From: Candidatus Roizmanbacteria bacterium
GTDB taxonomy: Bacteria; Patescibacteriota; Microgenomatia; UBA1406; HO2-37-13b
NCBI GenBank assembly: GCA_038127095.1
Contig: JAYPGZ010000002.1
Span: 29,502 to 93,501, forward strand
Length of the DNA: 64,000 nt
Direction: 5' to 3'
Shown: positions 49,204 to 55,799 of the stretch, piece after piece
Layout: the number at the start of each line of letters is the position of its first letter
Position numbering within the stretch: the first letter of the stretch is position 1
Notes under the pieces: generated by a model
The model's database searches: none
What the model was told of the DNA's origin: nothing
What the model saw: only the letters and a program-made list of their open reading frames with translations
Position numbers and translations under genes: made by a program

Positions 49204-49869
49204 ATGCGCATCCTTCTTATTGAAGACACCAATAAGGAGGCACTTGCAATTAAGCATGAATTAGATAGTTTTTATCGAACAACAATTCTTTCGGGTAATG
49301 CGAGTTTTAAGTATCTTCATCTTATTCGCAATTTCGATCTAATAATAGTAAATTACTTGTTTTGTAAAACCGATAAAATTGGCCTTTGCAAGGCAATTCG
49401 CAATTTTGACTCAAATATTCCAATTCTTGTTTTGGGGAGAACGTACAATATTCCGTATAAAGTATCACTTCTTGATTCAGGAGCCGATGACTTTTTGATA
49501 AAACCTTTCGCGAGTGCAGAATTGCATGCTCGAGTTCGCGCACTGCTTCGTCGTAGGAAAAAGAACCCCGCGCATACAATCTTGCGAGTTCAGGACTTAA
49601 TATTCGACACCTCAACAAAAAAGGCGTATCGAGGCAATAAGTATTTACCACTAAGACCTAAAGAAGCTAAAATACTGGAATTTTTACTTGAAAATGCAGG
49701 GAGGGTGGTTTCTCGAGGTATGATTTTAGACCATGTGTGGAATGGTGATTACGAAACGTACGAAAGTGTGATTGTGGTTCATATGAAGCATTTGCGCGAT
49801 AAAGTCGACGGTGGTTTTCATAATAAGCTTATTAAGACCGTGTATGGATTTGGTTATACCGTTGAATAG
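49204..49869 (+). CDS. OmpR-family response regulator, atypical (phospho-acceptor Asp replaced by Asn), orphan
   Basis: ATG at 49204 (MRILLIEDT...). The receiver reads DLIIVNYLF where DLIILDxxLP is expected. The conserved Lys (LIKPF) is retained. C-terminal winged helix (TVYGFGYTVE). No kinase gene is nearby. Confidence 0.8.
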   Translation: MRILLIEDTNKEALAIKHELDSFYRTTILSGNASFKYLHLIRNFDLIIVNYLFCKTDKIGLCKAIRNFDSNIPILVLGRTYNIPYKVSLLDSGADDFLIKPFASAELHARVRALLRRRKKNPAHTILRVQDLIFDTSTKKAYRGNKYLPLRPKEAKILEFLLENAGRVVSRGMILDHVWNGDYETYESVIVVHMKHLRDKVDGGFHNKLIKTVYGFGYTVE

Positions 49870-50318
49870 GTGATTAAAATTTGATCAATCCAATCCGTAA
49901 GCATTCTGTTGTGGGAAACTTCATCTCTGTAATATCCATCGATTCGCAATGAGGGAGAAAGGAGTATGCCGCCGTTGTCTTTTATAAATCGTTCTAATCG
50001 TTCTACTGCTCCGCAAAAGTATAAATACGTACTGTCGCCCAGACCAAAAACGGCGCACTTTTTAGTTTTCAAAGAATTCCCCGTGAAGTTTTGAACAAAT
50101 TTTTTGAAACTAGTCTGTAATTCACCTTCGGCACCTTTGTAGTTCCAGCTTGGTGAAGCGAAAATGATCAGATCATATTCTTTGAATGTACTTGAAGATA
50201 CTTCATCGATTTCTTTACAACTTACCAAATAGCGTTTGTTTTTAAGTACGTTTTCAACTGTTTGGGTGGCAAAATACGTTCCTCCAGAGTTTGTTGCGTA
50301 GGCAATAAGAACCTTCAT
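49854..50318 (-). CDS. flavodoxin
   Basis: MKVLIAYATNSGGT FMN-phosphate loop and GLGDSTYLYFCGA; 154 aa. Confidence 0.75.
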   Translation of the reverse strand: MKVLIAYATNSGGTYFATQTVENVLKNKRYLVSCKEIDEVSSSTFKEYDLIIFASPSWNYKGAEGELQTSFKKFVQNFTGNSLKTKKCAVFGLGDSTYLYFCGAVERLERFIKDNGGILLSPSLRIDGYYRDEVSHNRMLTDWIDQILITYSTV

Positions 50319-50325
50319 TCATTGA

Positions 50326-51426
50326 TTATACCCCAATCTTGAACTCGACTACATCGCCATCTTTCATTATGTAATCTTTTCCTGCAAGTGTTACTTTTCC
50401 TTTTTCACGAGCTCCTGCCCAACCTTTAAGAGCAACAAAGTCAGTAAACGAGGCTATTTCGGCTTTGATGAAATTTTTCATGAAATCCGTGTGAATTTCT
50501 CCACTGGCTTGCACAGCATTAAAACCTTTTTTAATAGTCCATGCGCGAACCTCTTTTTCTCCGGCGGTTAGAAATGAGATTAATCCAAGTAGTTCGTATG
50601 TTTTTTGAATTAAGCGATTTAATCCGGTTTCTTGTAATCCATATTGGTTCAGATATTCTTTTTGTTCATCAGCTGAAAGGTCGACAATGTCGTTTTCGAG
50701 TTTTGCACAGAGATATAAATATTCTGTAGATTTGTCATTCTGAACGGAGTGAAGAATCTCGGTAATCTTCTTTTCTGTACCCGCCTTATCTTCCAACTGG
50801 CTCTCGGACGTGTTAAACACAAATAAAACAGGTTTCATGGTTAATAAATTCAGTTGTTTAATCGCTTCTTTTTCATCATCTTCAAGATCTACATTTCGAG
50901 CAGCTGTTCCTGCATCAAGGGCGACTCGCAGTTTCTTTACTACTTCAAAAGTTGCTAAATCTTCTTTTGCAGCATTTCCTTTAGGCTCTTTATATTTCTC
51001 CAGTGTTGCCAAATCGGCCAATATAAGCTCGGTGTTGATTGTTGCGATATCGGATGCTGGGTCGATTTTATTAGATACGTGTGTAATGTTGGAATCGTCA
51101 AAAATACGTACTACATGAATAATCGCGGCAACTTCTCGAATATGCGATAGAAATTTATTTCCCAATCCTTCTCCCTTAGATGCTCCAGCGACGAGTCCTG
51201 CGATATCGTAAAACTCTACAACGGCTGGTACAAGGGGAGGATTGTTGGGGAAAACGGTCGCCAGTGCCGCCAGGCGATCATCGGGAACCTCTACGACTCC
51301 AACATTCGGCTCAATTGTTGCGAACGGGTAATTTGCAGCATATGCAACCTGTTTTTTGAGAAGAGCATTAAATAAGGTGCTTTTGCCTACGTTTGGGAGA
51401 CCGATAATTCCAATTTTTAAAGACAT
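50326..51426 (-). CDS. ychF: redox-regulated ATPase YchF
   Basis: GLPNVGKST P-loop, an inserted coiled-coil domain and a C-terminal TGS-like domain; 366 aa. Confidence 0.9.
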   Translation of the reverse strand: MSLKIGIIGLPNVGKSTLFNALLKKQVAYAANYPFATIEPNVGVVEVPDDRLAALATVFPNNPPLVPAVVEFYDIAGLVAGASKGEGLGNKFLSHIREVAAIIHVVRIFDDSNITHVSNKIDPASDIATINTELILADLATLEKYKEPKGNAAKEDLATFEVVKKLRVALDAGTAARNVDLEDDEKEAIKQLNLLTMKPVLFVFNTSESQLEDKAGTEKKITEILHSVQNDKSTEYLYLCAKLENDIVDLSADEQKEYLNQYGLQETGLNRLIQKTYELLGLISFLTAGEKEVRAWTIKKGFNAVQASGEIHTDFMKNFIKAEIASFTDFVALKGWAGAREKGKVTLAGKDYIMKDGDVVEFKIGV

Positions 51427-51512
51427 AATATATTTAGCTTAAGTTCTATTATACCCTAGCAATATGTCTATTTCTACTATAAGACAGAGATTTCGTTAAA
51501 TTACCTAGTTAA

Positions 51513-51541
51513 TTGAAATTAAAATAGTCTTATAGTATAAT
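51513..51541 (+). promoter_or_regulatory. near-consensus sigma70-like promoter facing the GC-rich island
   Basis: TTGAAA (51513-18), a 17-nt spacer, then TATAAT (51536-41). Confidence 0.5.
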
Positions 51542-51849
51542 TAAGGCATGAGTTAACCATGTCTAATTGCATAGATATGGCGCGACTTAGATTGATAAAA
51601 AGTACTTAAGATTGCTTACTATAAATAAGTAATTTTTTGTGTACTTTAACAAGAAGAGTGTAAGAGTAGTCAACTACTGGCTACATACATGTGTTGGAAT
51701 TTTTTCCAGCCTATATGTGTAGCTAGTGGGAAAACTACTAGTATTCGTAAATCTACAACGAAAGGAGCTTGAGACTCAACCAGTTAAAACGACCTTGTCG
51801 TTTCAACATCACCCCTTCCGAGTTAAAACACACAATTCTAGGAGCTGTT

Positions 51850-52965
51850 ATGGGCAAGAGGGAACACGTCCGGACCTTTGACGAAGCAGCATACGCAGCG
51901 ACCGTCAGGGGAATGGCGTCCAGGAGGGAGGGCGTTCATGATGCGGGCCGTAAGGTTCTGCAGCAGACGGGCGCACTCCATCCCTTCGTCAACGTTCGCC
52001 AGAATCGTGGCAGTCGCAACGCCATGATTCCCGACGCCACCGATTCGACCAAGTTCGAACTGGCCAACGGCATCGCCTTACCCATTGTTGCCCTGTTCGA
52101 TGGAACCGGGAGCACCTCCGAGTGGCTGGATTTGTTCTTCCACGCCGCGCAGCAGCAGGACGCTCTCCTCAAGGGAGCTCGTACCCGCTACAACACCCAA
52201 GTCGCAACCGGGGTGGTGCAAGATGTGTGTGATCCTACACCTGTCGTGCAGCTTTCCCAGTTCGAGTCTGACCATCGGGTCGCTGAGCAGGTTCGCTTGC
52301 TTCAACCCGCCAGTGCAGGTGGAGACGCTCCTGAGGACTACGAGCTTGGGCTCGCCGCAGGACTGTTCCTGGAAACTGACTTCTGGGATCACTATGGCAT
52401 GCGGGGGTACTTCACCCTCACAGCCGACGAGATCGGACGTGGATTCGTGACTCCGGACCTCGTGCGCGAGCACTTGGGGCAGGATCTCAAAATCCAGAGC
52501 AGCAGGCTTACAACGGAAGAGTTGTGTCGGATGCTGCTCGAGAAGTGGCATGTGTTCTTCCTGCAGGTGCCATACGGTGGCGATCTGCTACGACAGACCA
52601 CCCGTTGGTGGACGCATGCTCTTGGCTCTGGCCGCGTCATCACTGTTCCTGATCCTCGGCTTCTTGCTGAGATCAGGGCTGCCCTGGTCTACGTGACCGA
52701 GGCGCAGCAACCCAACCAGAAGGGGCTCGGAGAGTTCCTCAACGCCGGGGTGGATCAGTCGCATCCTCTCACTGCGCAGGATCTGGACAATGTCTGGCGG
52801 CAAGTCAACGCAGCCGAAGAGCACTTCGGTATGCAGGCTCGTCACCCGGACTACGGTATCCTGCCGAAGCCTGGAGACAAGTTCGCTAACTACCGCCACG
52901 CATGGCCGATCGGTCATCCGCGTGAGCAAGAGAACGTGACGCCCACCGACACGTTGGCAAGCTGA
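51850..52965 (+). CDS. GC-rich island ORF A: hypothetical protein with vWA/MIDAS-like motif pattern
   Basis: ATG at 51850 follows CTAGGAGC with 5-nt spacing. Third codon positions are strongly G/C-biased in this frame. IVALFDGTGST (D84-x-T-x-S88), SAGGDAPEDYELG (about +73) and YFTLTADEIG (about +109) have the spacing of a MIDAS-containing vWA fold. The track start at 51769 (TTG) is less likely. Confidence 0.6.
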   Translation: MGKREHVRTFDEAAYAATVRGMASRREGVHDAGRKVLQQTGALHPFVNVRQNRGSRNAMIPDATDSTKFELANGIALPIVALFDGTGSTSEWLDLFFHAAQQQDALLKGARTRYNTQVATGVVQDVCDPTPVVQLSQFESDHRVAEQVRLLQPASAGGDAPEDYELGLAAGLFLETDFWDHYGMRGYFTLTADEIGRGFVTPDLVREHLGQDLKIQSSRLTTEELCRMLLEKWHVFFLQVPYGGDLLRQTTRWWTHALGSGRVITVPDPRLLAEIRAALVYVTEAQQPNQKGLGEFLNAGVDQSHPLTAQDLDNVWRQVNAAEEHFGMQARHPDYGILPKPGDKFANYRHAWPIGHPREQENVTPTDTLAS

Positions 52966-53083
52966 CAAGCAACTCTATGTTGCGAAAGGAGTCTAATCGA
53001 ATAGAACACTGAAGCGTTCAACCACGTACCAATCGTTGGTCGTTCGATCCACTACAACCGTCGTTCGTTACTAGGAGCCTTTG

Positions 53084-54160
53084 ATGAACCCCGAGCTGCG
53101 CACCTTCCTGACCAACCTGGGCTTCAGCGATGAGATGATCGCCAACCTCGAGAACCAGGGCGTCATGAACCTGGACGACATCCGGCTGTTCAGCGCCCAT
53201 GACATCAGCATCACGGCCAAGTGCAACATGGTGTTGGCCCTCAAGGCCTACCAGGCGCTCGCGCCCGTGTCTGTGCCCGTCGTGCCCGAGGTCGTTACCC
53301 CTGTGGAAGCGGCTCCGGCCGGCTCCACCGCCGGTGGTGACGAGATCCCCGAGGGCACCACTCCCACGCCCAACCAGATCAACGCCGCCGCGGCCAGCTT
53401 CGGCATGGATCCGTCCATGCTGACGATGTTCATGTTCGCCAACATGGGTGGGGCCGCCGGTCTCGACATGGATATGAGCAGCATGCTGCCCATCCCCCAG
53501 ATCGTCGGTGGCTACAACCCGAAGCTGCGCAACATGAGCTACATGGTCATGGGCCAGATCGAGCGCCGGCTGGATACTCCGATCGTCGTCATCAACGCCG
53601 ACGGGTCCGTCAACCCTGAGCTCACGGTCAAGTACATCATGTCGCTTGAAGAAGGCTTCTCGCCCGCTTCAGACGGCGTGTTCTACAACGACGACGGCTC
53701 ACCCTTCGAGGTGATCCGTGTTGGTGTCGATGCCCAAGGCATCTACGATGCCGATCCGGTCGATTCCAGCAAGGCGCTGCAGAAGAACGGCATGGGCAAG
53801 GGTCGTATCATGTGGAACGGCGTCCCGCTGGAAGTCCGGCAGGTGGTGTACTTCGCCGCCAGACAGACCCACGAGTTGGACTCCAACGATCCCTCCGCCA
53901 TGGCCCGCTTGCGCGACAAGATCACGCCGACCACCACCCGCCTGAGTCTGCGAGGCGACTTCCCCCAGGCGATCGCTGCCTACAACTCGGCCCTCCGGAC
54001 CGGCTCGCTGCCTACGCTTCGCGTGCAGCTGTCCCGTTCGCCTCGGAAGTCCGAGGTCATGCCGCGCAGGCGCATCAGCTCTGGTCCCCGCGACCTGAGC
54101 GACACCGGCTTCCCCCGTGTCGTCGGCGACCCCGAGAGCGCCGGCAACATCGGCAACTAG
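53084..54160 (+). CDS. GC-rich island ORF B: hypothetical protein, no family recognised
   Basis: ATG at 53084 follows CTAGGAGC with 6-nt spacing. Third codon positions are very G/C-rich. The protein has an N-terminal helical module, a Pro/Ala/Val linker, a Met-rich segment and an Arg/Ser/Pro-rich tail. Confidence 0.6.
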   Translation: MNPELRTFLTNLGFSDEMIANLENQGVMNLDDIRLFSAHDISITAKCNMVLALKAYQALAPVSVPVVPEVVTPVEAAPAGSTAGGDEIPEGTTPTPNQINAAAASFGMDPSMLTMFMFANMGGAAGLDMDMSSMLPIPQIVGGYNPKLRNMSYMVMGQIERRLDTPIVVINADGSVNPELTVKYIMSLEEGFSPASDGVFYNDDGSPFEVIRVGVDAQGIYDADPVDSSKALQKNGMGKGRIMWNGVPLEVRQVVYFAARQTHELDSNDPSAMARLRDKITPTTTRLSLRGDFPQAIAAYNSALRTGSLPTLRVQLSRSPRKSEVMPRRRISSGPRDLSDTGFPRVVGDPESAGNIGN

Positions 54161-54239
54161 ACCAGCTTCGACTTGGTCACTTACACTCTTCGCCGCTCAA
54201 TAATATGAGCTAGAAGCAGACAGAGTCTTTAATGACTCA

Positions 54240-54312
54240 GCTTGCGGAGACAGTATGTCTTGAGTCCGTATCCTCGTGATACGATCCTCGAACATATCTG
54301 TTCTCCGCAAGC
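54240..54312 (+). other. long imperfect inverted repeat / RNA hairpin just upstream of the ribozyme
   Basis: GCTTGCGGAGA (54240-50) pairs with TCTCCGCAAGC (54302-12). The stem continues with CAG/CTG and TATGT/ACATA across single-nt bulges. The apical sub-hairpin is CGTATC-CTCGT-GATACG (54267-83). Confidence 0.5.
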
Positions 54313-54318
54313 GTCTGC

Positions 54319-54369
54319 TACCTCTTCCGATGTGTATCGGAACTGATGAGTCCAAAAGGACGAAAGGTA
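54319..54369 (+). ncRNA. hammerhead ribozyme motif, type III topology
   Basis: The sequence reads 5'-UACCU C|UUCCGAU GUGU AUCGGAA CUGAUGA GUCC AAAA GGAC GAA AGGUA-3'. Stem III is 54319-23 with 54365-69, and C17 is 54324. Stem I is 54325-31 with 54336-42. The core CUGAUGA is 54343-49. Stem II is 54350-53 with 54358-61. GAA is 54362-64. All invariant core positions are present. Confidence 0.8.
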
Positions 54370-55799
54370 TGAAACCAGAAAGAAATTTTATTACTGTAAA
54401 TGGCATGGCTTTGGGTGAAGAAACCAAAGGAAATACCGTGCAAAGTTTAGTTCGTCAGATGGACGCCCATACGGTATGGCGTTCTGGTGGGTGGCAAGGA
54501 GGACATTTTATTACACATGAAGATGGACGAGAAATGGGATTTAGTTTTTATGGTGCAGGAACATTTGAAGGAGCCCAAACATACTTAAAACACATGGTAA
54601 TCAGCCCGGTTGAGCTGTTTCGTGAAACTCAAGAACTCGAAGAAAATGGCGTTCCTAATGCGTCTTCACTAATTTCAATTGATCAAGACTGTTTATCTAC
54701 TACTCCATATCATAGCGCTATGTCGCGAGCTCGTGAAATTCTGCGAGGAGGAAATAAAAAAGGCACGATTGGAGTTGGGGTAGGTGAGGCAATACGTGAT
54801 TCCAAAGATCCAGAGCTTGCGATTCGAGCTGGAGAATTTGCTGATCGAGCTACGTGTTTACGCAAAGCTGAAACAATTCGCTTACATAAATTAGCACTTG
54901 CTCAAATTCTTATTAACCAACATATCGGGCCAATTCCACCAGAGGCTTACGAAGAACTAGCGGTATTGGAAAACGCAGCAATTTCTCAAATATATGCCGA
55001 TGCCTGTAAATATTTATCGTATATGGTTGCAATTACCGATGGATCTCACTTGCAAAATTTATTGAATAGAAACGGGACTATTGTAAATGAGGTTTCTCAT
55101 GGCGTTTTACATCACCCTCGTTATGGTTTTGTGCCTCATGTAACAAATATCGATCCGACATCTGCTGACGTGCTTACAACAGTAAAAGTACGGGGCTATC
55201 AGGGTCATATTTCAAGAATTGGAGCTGTTAGATCGTATTTTACCCGCCATGGAGCAGGTCCGCTGGTTACAGATAATCCGGATTTAAAGCCTAGTTTACC
55301 CGAAAAACACAATGATGGCGCAAATGAATGGCTTGGAGAATTTAGAGTTGGAAATTTTGATACCGTTGCGCTGAATTATGCACTTTCTATAAACCGTGAT
55401 GTAAAAATGGTTGATGGTTTAATGTTGAGCTTTATGGATGTTTTGGCTAATCGCACAGAGTGGCAAGTGTGTGACGCATATGAATATACCGGAGATGCAA
55501 CAGATGTAGAAAAGTATTTTCATATTAAAAATGGGAGAATCACCGGTATAAAACTCCACACAGGAACTGATGATGTTGAACATTTTAGACATCAATTGCG
55601 ACTCACTGAATTGCTTAAGGAGTGTCGACCGGTTCTTACAACTTTACGTGCACAACAAGGAAAAACATTAGAACAAGTCTTTATTGATCACGTAGAATCT
55701 ATGGTTAATGTACCTGTTGTTGGAAAAGCTTATGGCCCAAAAGCAACAGATAGACAATACCTTCCGAGTTTTGATGAAATAATAAGATCACACCGTTAA
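54369..55799 (+). CDS. adenylosuccinate synthetase-like protein (divergent PurA family)
   Basis: ATG at 54369 (MKPERNF...). Colinear with PurA but with altered motifs (PurA form in brackets): GEETKG (GDEGKG), GGWQGGH (GGHNAGH), GTIGVGVGEA (TTGRGIGPAY), FTRHGAGP (STRVGAGP), LGEFRVGNFD (TGRRRRTGWLD), SFMDVL (TKLDVL), AYGPKATDR (STGPDRTET). Confidence 0.7.
   Translation: MKPERNFITVNGMALGEETKGNTVQSLVRQMDAHTVWRSGGWQGGHFITHEDGREMGFSFYGAGTFEGAQTYLKHMVISPVELFRETQELEENGVPNASSLISIDQDCLSTTPYHSAMSRAREILRGGNKKGTIGVGVGEAIRDSKDPELAIRAGEFADRATCLRKAETIRLHKLALAQILINQHIGPIPPEAYEELAVLENAAISQIYADACKYLSYMVAITDGSHLQNLLNRNGTIVNEVSHGVLHHPRYGFVPHVTNIDPTSADVLTTVKVRGYQGHISRIGAVRSYFTRHGAGPLVTDNPDLKPSLPEKHNDGANEWLGEFRVGNFDTVALNYALSINRDVKMVDGLMLSFMDVLANRTEWQVCDAYEYTGDATDVEKYFHIKNGRITGIKLHTGTDDVEHFRHQLRLTELLKECRPVLTTLRAQQGKTLEQVFIDHVESMVNVPVVGKAYGPKATDRQYLPSFDEIIRSHR

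Noticed and set aside
50640-50690. CTGATGA heptamer on the minus strand inside ychF.
   Set aside because: No stem II hairpin or GAAA follows in the correct register, and it is within a conserved coding region.
52962-52993. A second hammerhead-like string, CTGACAA-GCAAC-TCTAT-GTTGC-GAAA-GGAGTC, at the end of ORF A.
   Set aside because: The core reads CUGACAA, so the essential G8 is A. I cannot find a stem I hairpin abutting it, or a 5' strand (GACUCC-U-H) to form stem III. It is probably a chance hairpin next to GAAA, though a degenerate relic cannot be excluded.
52078-54213. Many additional long ORFs inside the GC-rich island on other frames or the opposite strand: 52078..52551 -, 52085..52450 +, 52588..52968 -, 53199..53423 +, 53248..53493 -, 53718..53945 +, 53812..54213 +.
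   Set aside because: GC-rich DNA is stop-codon poor, so long shadow ORFs are expected. Their products are Arg/Pro/Ser-rich low-complexity strings, and only the two chosen frames show G/C enrichment at third codon positions plus an SD-ATG.
54276-54368. N-terminal extension of the purA-like ORF given in the track (start at 54276, MIRSSNISVLRKRLLPLPMCIGTDESKRTKG...).
   Set aside because: The extension starts at a non-ATG codon with no SD, runs through the hairpin and the ribozyme, and adds residues with no PurA counterpart. The ATG at 54369 aligns with the PurA N-terminus.
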